Of a DNA stretch of 36,751 nucleotides, positions 1 to 9,127 are shown in pieces. The position numbers and the translations under genes are program-made. Each line of letters begins with the position of its first letter. The first letter of the stretch is position 1. This stretch comes from an uncultured Candidatus Rokubacteria bacterium (GTDB taxonomy: Bacteria; Methylomirabilota; Methylomirabilia; Rokubacteriales; CSP1-6): assembly GCA_963754315.1 (NCBI GenBank), contig CAVWFS010000004.1, forward strand, positions 1-36,751, written 5' to 3'. The notes under the pieces are model-generated. The model was not told where the DNA came from. It did not search any database and saw nothing but the letters and a program-made list of their open reading frames with translations.

Positions 1-242
1 ATCGAGCGCGCGATTGATCTCCGTCTCGATCTTCGCCAGGCGCTCTTCCCGCTGAACGAGCTCGCAGCGGTCTGCTGGCGTAACGCTAGGTTCTCCAGGG
101 CCAGCTGGCGACGGTCGCCGAAGATGACGGGAAGGAGCCGAATCAGGTTGAGCAGCAGAGTGATCATCGAGCTGAGATAGTGGTCGAATCCGGACCGACA
201 GATCAATCAGTTGGCGGGCGGATGGGGTTTAGGCGAACGACA
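1..242 (-). mobile_element. Left-end remnant of a DDE 'integrase core domain' IS (same family as 2918-4153), truncated after about 32 codons
   Basis: Reverse strand from ATG at 167 reads MITLLLNLIRLLPVIFGDRRQLALENLALRQQ, matching MITLLLHLFRLLPVLCGSHRHLALENLALRHQ at 2990. The terminal sequence 225-242 (rc TGTCGTTCGCCTAAACCC) and leader match the left end at 2918. Confidence 0.8.
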
Positions 243-261
243 GGGCGCCGGAGTAGGTGAG

Positions 262-311
262 AATATTGGCTCCCCGGGCAGGTCTCGAACCTGCGACACC
301 CTGATTAACAG
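262..311 (-). repeat. att-like direct repeat: 3' half of tRNA-Asn (copy 1)
   Basis: aatattggctccccgggcaggtctcgaacctgcgacaCcctgattaacag matches 9123-9172 with one mismatch. It covers CCA, acceptor arm, T-arm and anticodon loop. Confidence 0.93.
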
Positions 312-416
312 CGAGTCACGGGTCCGAACTCAGCAGTACGAAGACGAGCTAAGACCGCGAGAACCCGAGAGTTGAGTGTGAGCGGCTGTTCGCTGTAGGT
401 GTGGCCTGGTTCGCCT

Positions 417-439
417 GGGTTGGGCACCGATTTGGCACC
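417..439. repeat. 23-bp element gggttgggcaccgatttggcacc (internal GGCACC direct repeat), putative recombinase arm site
   Basis: Identical copy at 4338-4360. Both lie on the same side of a tRNA-Asn half-site. Confidence 0.7.
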
Positions 440-720
440 CATCGCGAAGAAGCTTACCAGTCCGCGAAGTCAGTCGCCTCGCACGCAGCGTCGTCAAAAT
501 AAGCGGCCTCCCCCCTCGTGCCCCGCACCTACGCCCCGTCCCCAGCATGTTCGCCCCAGCCCTCCACGCCGCAGCCTCGCTGGAGCGACAGGCACAGCAG
601 CGACTAGCTCGTCGTTCAGTCTGCTCTACCGCGATCTCGATCCCGCTGGTCGCTGAGGACATCATCAATGTCGTAGGGCTCTCAGCGCGCGCCCGGGCCC
701 TTGATCGAGCCTCACCGGTG

Positions 721-1437
721 TCAGCGCGAGCCGAAGGCCTCCTCGAACAGGGAGAGCATCGCGGCCCAGGAGCGCTGATCAGCGGCCGCGTTGTAAGCGA
801 GCGCCGGGTTGCCAAGCTTGTCGGCATCCGGGTTCGTGAAGCTGTGCACCGCGCCGCCGTAGATGCAGAGCTGCCAGTCGACTGTGGTGTCCCGCATCTG
901 CGCCTCGAACGCAGCAACTTGCGCGGACGGAATCAGCGGGTCGCTTGTGCCGTGGCAGACGAGCACCTTGGCGCGGATGTTTTTGGCATCCTCCGGCTTC
1001 TGCGTCTCCAGCCCCCCCGTGGAAGCTCACCACGGCGCTCAGCGGGGCGCCACTGCGGCCGAGCTCGAGCGCCGTGCTTCCGCCGAAGCAGTAGCCCACA
1101 GCCGCGAGCTTGGTGCGATCCACACTGGGCTGAGCGCACAAGGTATCGAGCGCCGCCCGGGCGCGGGCACGCCAGCGGCTGACGTCGGAGCGCACGGCGG
1201 TCATGAGCTCGATGGCACGGGGCAGGTCTTGCGCCTGCACGCCGTCTCCGTACGGATCGGCCGCCAAACATAGCCCAGCGCCGCCAGCCGCCGCGCCCGC
1301 TCGATCACGTGATCGCCGATACCGAAGGCCTCCGGGAACAGCACCACGCCCGGCCGCGCACCGGGTCTTCCGTCATCGGCCAGATAGCCCTTCAAGGTCA
1401 CCGCGCCGTCGCGGTATTCGAGCGTCGTGTTTGCCAT
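721..1437 (-). CDS. Dienelactone hydrolase family protein (two frameshifts, near 1270 and at the C-run near 1015)
   Basis: Three frames give PGVVLFPEAFGIGDH..., GYCFGG nucleophile elbow, and CHGTSD...GAVHSFTNP. RBS-like AGGA/GAAGGAGG upstream. Confidence 0.88.
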
Positions 1438-1547
1438 GCTTTGTGCTCCTATCCTCCTTCGAGAACGCAAGCCATAGTCGGCATGGTACGCGGGGGGGCC
1501 GGAGGGCATCAATGCGCCGATGAGGGCCTCGACTCCGCCCGGCGGAT

Positions 1548-1712
1548 TCAGCGGGCCGCCGCGCGGATGCGCTCCCACATGCCGTTGATCTCCTCGGCCG
1601 GCCGGCTGTTCAGCAGGCCACCATCGACGACCAGGTCCTGCCCCGTCACGTAGCGCGACTCGTCGCTGGCCAGATAGACCGCCGCCTGGGCGATGTCCCC
1701 GGGGTTGATCCT
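1548..1712 (-). pseudogene. C-terminal fragment of an SDR family oxidoreductase
   Basis: [29 protein letters not shown] is the canonical SDR C-terminus. No TGxxxGIG or YxxxK region is found upstream. Confidence 0.8.
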
Positions 1713-1934
1713 GAGCCAAATGTGGCTCTCGATTTTCAGCCCGCGGCCGAGAGAAGTCATGGCGATCGGCACGTGACTCGTGATGTTCCACTCACGGCAA
1801 TGAGTGAGGGCACGCCCGAGGTCACCGGCCGGATGCATGGATAGGGCAGGATGATAGGCCTGTGCCCCCCGGTGGACGTGTGTCAAGCTCGTTGGGCCGA
1901 TCCACTGGCCGATAATCAAAGGAGACCGACCGAC

Positions 1935-2882
1935 ATGCGCGCGGTGACCTTCTCTCGATTCGGTGGCCCCGAGGTGCTCGAAGTGTCAGACCTGCCCGTG
2001 CCGGAGCCGGGCCCCGGCGAGGTGCGCATCCGGGTGGCGGCCGCGACGGTCAATCCCACCGACATCAGCTTCCGCGTCGGACGGCAGCACACGCTGGCCC
2101 AGCTGGCCGAGATGGGGGTACGGCCGCCATTCATCCCCGGCATGGAGTTGGCTGGCGTGATCGACGCCGTCGGCGCCGGCGTGCCCTGGCGCGCCGGTGA
2201 GCGCGTGATGGCGATCGTCAACCCGCGCCGGCCGGGGGGAGGTGCGCAGGCCGAGCTCGTGGTCGTTCCGGCCGCCTCCCTGGCCCGCGTGCCCGCGGGA
2301 GCCACCCTGGAAGCCGCCGCGACTCTGCCAATGAACGGGCTGACCGTACGCCTCGCCCTGGACAAGCTCGCGCTCGCCCCAGGGCAGACCCTGGGCGTTA
2401 CCGGGGCGGCCGGCGCAGTCGGCGGTTACGCCGTCGAGCTCGCCGCCGCTGAAGGGCTGCGCGTGATCGCGGTCGCGGGACCACAAGACATAGCCCTGGT
2501 GAAGCGCTTCGGCGCGGAGCAGGTGATCCCACGCGGCGACGGGGCGATCCGTGCCTTGCGCGAGGTGGTGCCTGGCGGCGTCGACGGCCTGCTCGACGCG
2601 GCCGTGCTCGACGCCGCCGTCCTGCCCGCCATCCGCGACGGCGGCAAGCTGGCCACCGTGCGCGGCTTCGCCGGCCCGTCAGAGCGCGGCATCACGATCG
2701 AGCCGGTCCGCGTGACGACGTACGTGCATAACCACGAGGCGCTCGACCGCCTGGGGAGCCTCGTGGCCGCGGGCCAGCTCACCCTGCGCGTGGAACAGAC
2801 CTATCCGCCGGAACGGACCGCGGATGCGCAGCGCAGGCTGCACGCTGGCGGCACCCGCGGTCGGCAGGTGATCGTCTTCTGA
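1935..2882 (+). CDS. NADPH:quinone oxidoreductase / MDR-family (Zn-independent) dehydrogenase
   Basis: MRAV..FGGPEVL, VNPTD, PGMELAG and GAAGAVG motifs. AAAGGAG RBS before ATG 1935. Confidence 0.92.
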   Translation: MRAVTFSRFGGPEVLEVSDLPVPEPGPGEVRIRVAAATVNPTDISFRVGRQHTLAQLAEMGVRPPFIPGMELAGVIDAVGAGVPWRAGERVMAIVNPRRPGGGAQAELVVVPAASLARVPAGATLEAAATLPMNGLTVRLALDKLALAPGQTLGVTGAAGAVGGYAVELAAAEGLRVIAVAGPQDIALVKRFGAEQVIPRGDGAIRALREVVPGGVDGLLDAAVLDAAVLPAIRDGGKLATVRGFAGPSERGITIEPVRVTTYVHNHEALDRLGSLVAAGQLTLRVEQTYPPERTADAQRRLHAGGTRGRQVIVF

Positions 2883-2917
2883 TCTGTTCGTCGGCGCGCG
2901 GGAGACAGTCGGCGCAG

Positions 2918-4153
2918 TGTCCCTAGCCAAAACTCGACCAGTGGCAAGTGGTTGATCTCGCGGCTCTGATCCGCAGACAATCCCAGCTCATGATCACCCT
3001 CCTGCTCCACCTCTTCCGACTCCTACCGGTCCTCTGCGGCAGCCACCGTCACCTTGCCCTCGAGAACCTCGCCTTGCGCCACCAGCTCGCGGTCTACAAG
3101 CAGACGCTGAGGCGGCCAAAGCTACATCCGAGCGACCGTCTGTTATGGGTATGTCTATCCCGGGTGTGGGCAGAGTGGCGGCTGGCCCTCATCATGGTGA
3201 CCCCAGACACTGTGCTTCGGTGGCACCGGCGCCGCTTTCGCGACTACTGGGCCACGCTTTCCTCGAGGCCTCTGGTGGGACGCCCGTCGGTTAACGCCGA
3301 GATCATTGCTCTCGTCCGCAAGATCGCCGCCGCTAATCCGCTATGGGGCGCACCCCGAATTCATGGAGAGCTTCTTAAGCTTGGATCAAGGTGGCCGAGC
3401 GCACGGTCTCCAGGCTGATCGTCAAACGGCGCACACCTCCCTCTCAGACCTGGCGAACGTTCCTCACCAACCACGTCCAGGACCTTGTTTCGATCGACTT
3501 CTTCACCGTTCCCACCGCTCAGTTGCGGGTGCTCTTTGTCCTGGTCGTCCTCGCTCACCATCGGCGCCGGGTCCTTCACTTCAACGTCACCGAGCACCCC
3601 ACCGCGGCGTGGACTGCTCAGCAGATCGTGGACTCCTTTCCCGACGACACCGCCCCTGCCTATCTCCTTCGCGATCGCGACGCGATTTACGGGGAGGCGT
3701 TCCGCCAGCGCGTGAAGGGCATGCAGATCCGAGAAGTCCTCACGGCTGCCCGAAGCCCTTGGCAAAATCCCTTCGCCGAGCGCCTGATCGGATCGATCAG
3801 GCGCGACCGAACCCACCTTTCCCTCACCAAGGATGCACCGGATCGGAGGCCGGTCGAGCCACCTGATCTCGGCAAAGTTGTTGTCCCAATCCGCGAGGTC
3901 GGCGGCCTGCATCATCGATACGTGCGGCAGGCGGCCTAGCTCCGCTTCGTACGACCAACGTACGCGCCAACTCCCTCACCGCCGCCACCATCGATCCTAC
4001 GCAGCAATCCGCCTCTCACCAGTGCGGCCCCGACCTAAGGGCGCCGAGCGCCCTGGTCGGGAACGCCTCTATACTTCTCCCGCCGTGTCGCCGGGCCGAT
4101 CGGCAGATCGTGCGTTGTCCAGAAGCGGGACGGATGGGTTCTGGCGAGGGACC
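2918..4153 (+). mobile_element. IS-like element (IS481/IS3-like DDE integrase core) with imperfect 18-bp terminal inverted repeats
   Basis: Left TGTCCCTAGCCAAAACTC (2918-2935) versus rc of 4136-4153 GGTCCCTCGCCAGAACCC (14/18). Encloses the transposase ORF. No target duplication seen. Confidence 0.8.
2990..3939 (+). pseudogene. DDE transposase/integrase core protein, frameshifted (~3385) and internally deleted
   Basis: Motifs PDTVLRW, NPLWGAPRIHGEL, SIDFFTV, LRDRD, NPFAERLIGSIRR. It jumps from SIRR straight to DRTHL, lacking the segment seen in the paralogue at 7996 (ECLERIV...YHEERPH). Confidence 0.85.
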
Positions 4154-4157
4154 GTTC

Positions 4158-4179
4158 GTGGAACCAAAAAGTGGAACCA
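4158..4179. repeat. Direct repeat gtggaacca-aaaa-gtggaacca, putative recombinase arm-type site
   Basis: Perfect 9-bp direct repeat, 45 bp from the CCA end of tRNA half-site copy 2. Confidence 0.5.
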
Positions 4180-4196
4180 GCGCGGAAGAGGGGTGA

Positions 4197-4266
4197 GTGT
4201 CAAGACAGAAGTGCCTGAAAATATTGGCTCCCCGGGCAGGTCTGGAACCTGCGACATCCTGATTAA
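4197..4266 (-). repeat. att-like direct repeat: 3' half of tRNA-Asn plus 28 bp of downstream flank (copy 2)
   Basis: 70 bp matching 9100-9169 with two mismatches (gtgtcaagacRgaagtgcctgaaaatattggctccccggg...gattaa). Confidence 0.93.
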
Positions 4267-4337
4267 AGATGGGGTGAGTAAGAGAGTAAGGAGAGATGAG
4301 AGTTGGGGTGAGGGGTTGTTGTTGATGTGGTGGTTGG

Positions 4338-4360
4338 GGGTTGGGCACCGATTTGGCACC
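4338..4360. repeat. Second copy of the 23-bp gggttgggcaccgatttggcacc element
   Basis: Identical to 417-439. Confidence 0.7.
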
Positions 4361-4484
4361 GATGGAGAAAGAGTTCGCGAGTCTGCAAGTGGGTGGACTG
4401 GCATGTGGACATGAGTCACGACGGCTGGACCTGCAGCACGTCGACTCGAGTCGCCGGAGCGCTCTCAGCCGCGTATCGCGAGGG

Positions 4485-4626
4485 ATTTACCTCGTCAGCG
4501 GTGCGGCCCATCTGAGGGGCGCCGAGCCCGTGGTAGGGAACGTGTCTACGCTTTCCCATGGTGTTGCCAGGCCCATTGGCAGGTGTGCATCGTCCAGAAG
4601 CAAACGGATAGATTTGGCGAGGGACA
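4485..4626 (+). mobile_element. Orphan right end (non-coding tail plus IR) of the same IS family
   Basis: Collinear similarity with about 4010-4153 (gtgcggcccc, gggcgccgagc, gggaacg, gtccagaagc, tggcgagggac). Ends in GGGACA (rc TGTCCCTCGCCAAA). Confidence 0.75.
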
Positions 4627-4739
4627 GGTGTCTACCGAACTCGGGCAGGTTCAATCCGGCACACCGACGGCCGCAATAGTCGAAGTTCTGTGGCAAGCGC
4701 TTGAGGGCGGCTTGGTTTGATTATCATTGACGCTCAGCG

Positions 4740-6242
4740 ATGCCCGATACCTTCGAACTCTACAACCCCTGCGCAACCATCTGCGGAAGTGCAGCTGATC
4801 GAATCGCTCGGCGTGATCCGTGCCTACATGCAGCACTTCCAGTTCGAGGCGTCGTTACGAACGATATCGAGATGTGTCTCTGGTTCCTCCAGGCCGCGCG
4901 CGTCGAGAAAAAGGTCTACGAGTGGGAAGTCGATGTCCTCACGCGCGAGTTACTGCTCCACGCGAGCACGCTTGGCGCGCCCGATCCCAGGCACACGCTT
5001 CGTCGCTGGTCATACTTTGCGGAGGGGGTCAACAGACTCAAGACCCTGGAGAATCACGTTGAGACACTCTACCCCGAGGGGAGCATCCTTCGAACTTCAC
5101 GGATCGCCCACCGGGAGTTTCCTGGCAGCGGCCTCCGAACGCGATCCTCCTGGCCCGGTTTACCAGATCTTCGGCCAGCCAGGGCTGGACGACATCCTGC
5201 GGCGCACGATCGGCGTAGGGGCACAGACGCTCTACCGCATCGGGCTTGGTCTCGACGGCATTTATCTCGAGCGATTTGCCCTGTACTATCCGACGAGCGT
5301 ATGGTCCGGGAATCACCAACCAGGATCTCGAGAATTTTCTCCGTTATTTCTCACTGGTCGAGGATCTTCGGGCAAGGGCGGCGTCCATGAAATCAACGAG
5401 AACTACCCGTATGTGCCGAACCCGCTCCGCTCTACCCGATCGTCCGCCTTGATCTCGGCGGGCGGCAGCGCTCGTGGCCCCGATCCAACCTTTCTTTTCT
5501 GGCGATTTACGGAGGGCATTTACTACGACTCGTGGACGAGCAGGGTTTGGACAATGCCAACGGGGAGGCGTTCCAGCGCCACGTGGGGGAGGTCATCGGC
5601 CGCGCGAGCACGAGGGTTCAGATGACTGTCCATCGTGAGGCCGAGTCCACGTGAGAGGCGACCGCGAGGACAGCGTCGACTGGATGATCGAGGATGACGG
5701 AGGGCTCCTCTTTGTTGAAGCGAGACGAAGCGGCTTCGGCTACGGGCCAAGACTGATATTCGTCGACGGAGGCGCTTGAGGCCGAACTCGACAAGATGGC
5801 CGCCTTCATCGTCCGAGTCTATAAGGCCATCGCTGATTATCGGGCTGGTCACTATCGCACGTTGCCTACGGACCTAACAAGCCAGTCCACCGCTCGTCCT
5901 GACACTCGAAGAGTGGTTGCGTTCGGACCCGGTCCAGGCGGTCCTCCAGGAGCGGGTCGTCGCGAGACTTGACGCCGGTACCTGTCCCGGGAGTGGATTG
6001 ACGAGATGCCGTACTCGACGTGCTCGATGGCGATTTCGAGCACTGGTTAGGTGATCAACGTGCGAGGGATTGCGCTCGTGATGGGGGAACGAGTGAAGAG
6101 TACCGAGTATCGGCAGTGGATGCTGGAAGCTTTCTTACACGACGCTTTCGCTGCTGAAATGGGCGAGGCTCGGGACTTTTTCCGGGAAATTCTGGATACC
6201 TCACGGCGGGGTACTCGATCCGGTCGAAGCGTCGGCGCGTGA
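4740..6242 (+). pseudogene. Multiply frameshifted ~500-aa protein with a C-terminal PD-(D/E)XK-like nuclease motif
   Basis: Stitched frames give ...FLFWRFTEGIYYD...GEAFQRHVGEVIG...DSVDWMIEDDGGLLFVEA(K)TKRLRL...LEAELDKMAAFIVRVYKAIADY... and end with the 6051-6242 ORF. Confidence 0.6.
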
Positions 6243-6878
6243 TGACTACCTTGGCTCGTGACCGCTGGTCAGTGTGGCGACGCTTCAGGAAGACGGCTCG
6301 ATCAGCAGGTATCGAGCCTTGGTGAGCTCGCGACAATGTGGCGCGCGCGTGCCTCTGACTCCGCTCGTTCGCTAGTACGTTGAAGGTCTCGGTGCCGTCC
6401 ATGAGCAGCTCCGGTCACTCGTCAAAGACGACGTTGAAAGTGGGAGGCGGTCGCCGCAACTGATCCTCGGCTTGAGCGTGAATGCCTTTGTGTCTGACGA
6501 GTGCCTGCTGCAGGCGCTCTAGCCGTCGAGACGATGTTCTTCGGGAGTCTCGGGGTTCCAGCTTCGGCTATCGCGTCCTTGAGGGCCTCCGAACTACGCG
6601 CAGCTCGCAGCCTTCCCGTCCACCTCATCCGGCGCGCAGCCGGCGTCGGTATCCGTGTAGGTTCCGGCGCGGACGTTCTCGGGGCCGACACGAACGTCCT
6701 GCTGAATTGTATTACCTTTTTGACCGGGACAGGACAGAGGCTCTGACACATCTGGCCTCGCGGGTGCACGATTTGGGCTCAACTCGCGCTGTGCGGTAGG
6801 GGGTAAAGGTTGCTCGGACCGGTGGCCGGCTACATTGATTTTGGGATGTGGTGGGAATCTCAGTAAAGGGGTAAGCAC

Positions 6879-7122
6879 ATGACTGGGTACATTTGCCGAA
6901 AGGCAGGGGTTCCTAATATCCAAACCGATAGTCTTGAGGTAAGCACTGCGGCCGAACTCAGCGGTTACATCTGCACCTCAGGGGAATTCGTAGAAGATGC
7001 GCTGGCGCTGCCGAAGCTCAGAATGCGTTCGTTTGCCGAAAGGCATTCGTTCCTGATATCCGCAGCAGTGATCCTCAGGTGAAGCTTGCCGCGGAACTAA
7101 CGGTTACATCTGCACCTCATAA
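6879..7122 (+). CDS. Small repeat peptide (~81 aa after restoring two 1-nt deletions) with four (G/A)(Y/F)(I/V)C motifs
   Basis: AAAGGGG RBS before ATG 6879. Nucleotide repeats tttgccgaaaggca (6892, 7032) and cggttacatctgcacctca (6962, 7101). Ends TAA TGA TGA. Confidence 0.62.
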
Positions 7123-7348
7123 TGATGACGGCATCGGAGGCAAGGCGACACCCTGAAGCGGCACGATACTGGCGCCAAAACAGCAGCTGCATGTTCGATC
7201 TTGCGTACACGCCCACCGCAGGATGCTCCGGCCAGCCGTACGGCGAATCGCTCGCCGTGAACGGACCTCCGCCTCGTATATCCATTTGGAGGCAGAGGGA
7301 CATTGTTTGTGACTATCTGTCCGACGGCATCAGAAAGGAGTGTTTTCT

Positions 7349-7640
7349 ATGCCGTCAGAGACGCCTGATTGCAATATTCCGGTCAACACCAGTGTGCCTT
7401 TATCCGCGCCGTACCGCACCGGAACTTATTTGAGCTATGACAACCAACCCAATCAGTCAAACAACTACCGCGAAGGTGCAACGATTGGCCTCCGAGCGTC
7501 GGGCAGCCGTCAATTGGAGCTCCTGGACCTGCAGATATCGAAAGACACTCGCGGGCAAAGTTCAGCAAGGTTGCCACGTGTATCTTGTGGATCTGCGTCA
7601 GGAATCCCACGCCTTCTTTAATGGTCAAGCGTTTGATTAG
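7349..7640 (+). pseudogene. N-terminal fragment of a PTP-like phytase / inositol-polyphosphate phosphatase
   Basis: AGGAG RBS. GLRASGSRQ and, after a frameshift, VYLVDLRQESHAFFNG are characteristic of PTP-like phytases. No HC(x)5R loop is present. Confidence 0.7.
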
Positions 7641-7722
7641 CAATGCCGAGGTCAAGCGGACGCACGGTACAGCCAGCAGAGTAACGATTGCTCCGGGCGT
7701 TCCGGGTGTGGGAGGGCGAGTC

Positions 7723-7852
7723 ATGCAGTCGATCGATGGCACGCCGGTTTACTCCGCCTCCGACCTTGTCGGCTCCTCGCCTGCGAATACCTGACGGCAC
7801 TCGAGCGCGCCGCACTCCACGGGCTCGTCAAGCGGCCACACTACGCCGACCT
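7723..7852 (+). pseudogene. N-terminal stub of a TM0106-family RecB-like nuclease, cut by the IS
   Basis: MQSIDGTPVYSASDLVG(F)LACEYLTALERAALHGLVKRP (one 1-nt deletion). GGAGG RBS. It stops at the IS left end. Confidence 0.6.
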
Positions 7853-9099
7853 CCTCCTGTGCGAAAACTCGGCCGAGCTTGCCACTGGGGGGAAGCTCTA
7901 CGGCCGGGCACGAGACGTCCACCCTGGAACGGGGCCACGATCCCGGTTCCCGGCCAGGCTTGAAGTGTCGGCACTCCCTGTGAAAGCTGGTACCCATGGA
8001 CGCGTTGCCTTCCTCGCTCGCCTTCTTCCTCCTTCTGTTCTCAGGCTGGGTCAACCGCCAGCAGCAGGCGGTCATCGACTACCTGCTCGAGGAGAACCGC
8101 GTGCTGCGCGCGGAGCGCGGTAGCCGCCGGCTCCGGCTCACTGACGACCAGCGGCGCCGCCTGGCGGTGAAGGGAAAGGCGCTCGGTCGGCGTCGCCTCG
8201 GCGACATCGCGGGCATCGTCACCCCGGACACGATCCTCCGTTGGTACCGCCGGCTCGTCGCCAAGAAATACGCCGGCTCGAAGAAGCGAGGCCCCGGTCG
8301 CCCCAGCACCAAGCCGGACATTGCCGCGCTCGTGGTCCGCATGGCGAACGAGAACCCGACCTGGGGCTACACGCGAATCCGCGGCGGGCTGAAGAGCCTC
8401 GGCCACCAAGTCGCCCGCAACACAATCAAAGCGATCCTCAAGGATCACGGCATCGAGCCCGCACCCGAGCGCGGCCTGAAGACGCCCTGGAAGACGTTCC
8501 TGGCCGCTCATTGGGACGGCCTGGCGGCGGCCGATTTCTTCACCGTCGAGGTGCTGACCATGGGCGGCTTGGTCCGGTACTTCGTCTTCTTCGTGATGCG
8601 CCTCAAGACGCGCACGGTGGAGATCGCAGGAATCACCTGCCAACCGAACGAAACCTGGATGACGCAGATCGCACGAAAGTTGACCGATGCGCAGGACGGA
8701 TTCCTTCGCGGCGTGCGCTCCCTCATTCTCGACCGGGATCCCCTCTACACCACCGCCTTCCGGCGCATGCTCCGGGATAGCGGCGTGAACCCACTGCTTC
8801 TGCCCGCCCGGAGTCCAAACCTCAACGCCTATGCGGAAAGGTTCGTCCTGTCCGCCAAGTCCGAGTGCCTGGAACGAATCGTCCCTCTCGGCGAGAAGCA
8901 CCTCCGGGCTGCCGTTCGAGAGTTCGTGGACCATTACCATGAGGAACGCCCGCACCAGGGCCTCGGCAACGAGCTCATCGCGCCCCAGGCAAAGGTGATC
9001 GGAACAGGCACCCTAAAGTGCCGTGAGCGGCTCGGCGGTGTGCTCAAGTTCTACTACCGCGAGGCCGCGTAGCCTTGGGCCGAGTTTTCGCACACGACG
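7853..9099 (+). mobile_element. IS-like element with terminal inverted repeats
   Basis: Perfect 17-bp IR tgtgcgaaaactcggcc (7858-7874) and ggccgagttttcgcaca (9078-9094). The outer 5 bp are inferred by alignment to the 2918 end. No target duplication. Confidence 0.85.
7996..9072 (+). CDS. DDE transposase / integrase core domain protein (intact, 358 aa)
   Basis: [51 protein letters not shown] motifs. Confidence 0.93.
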   Translation: MDALPSSLAFFLLLFSGWVNRQQQAVIDYLLEENRVLRAERGSRRLRLTDDQRRRLAVKGKALGRRRLGDIAGIVTPDTILRWYRRLVAKKYAGSKKRGPGRPSTKPDIAALVVRMANENPTWGYTRIRGGLKSLGHQVARNTIKAILKDHGIEPAPERGLKTPWKTFLAAHWDGLAAADFFTVEVLTMGGLVRYFVFFVMRLKTRTVEIAGITCQPNETWMTQIARKLTDAQDGFLRGVRSLILDRDPLYTTAFRRMLRDSGVNPLLLPARSPNLNAYAERFVLSAKSECLERIVPLGEKHLRAAVREFVDHYHEERPHQGLGNELIAPQAKVIGTGTLKCRERLGGVLKFYYREAA

Positions 9100-9127
9100 G
9101 TGTCAAGACGGAAGTGCCTGAAAATAT

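Noticed and set aside
1..70. Minus-strand LVQREERLAKIETEINRALD as a serine-recombinase coiled coil
   Set aside because: Too short and at the window edge; cannot be supported.
267..311. Additional tRNA genes at 267 and 4225
   Set aside because: Both lack the 5' half (D-arm and 5' acceptor strand); they are att-type duplications.
6892..7119. Tandem riboswitch or CRISPR interpretation of the repeats (tgcc-GAAA-ggca hairpins)
   Set aside because: Only two copies with no repeat-spacer regularity and no riboswitch consensus I recognise. Codon-phase conservation and the triple stop favour a peptide, though an RNA role is not formally excluded.
7996..9072. 'Integrase' ORF as the site-specific island integrase
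   Set aside because: It has DDE transposase motifs and its own inverted repeats, not the R-H-R-Y tyrosine recombinase signature.
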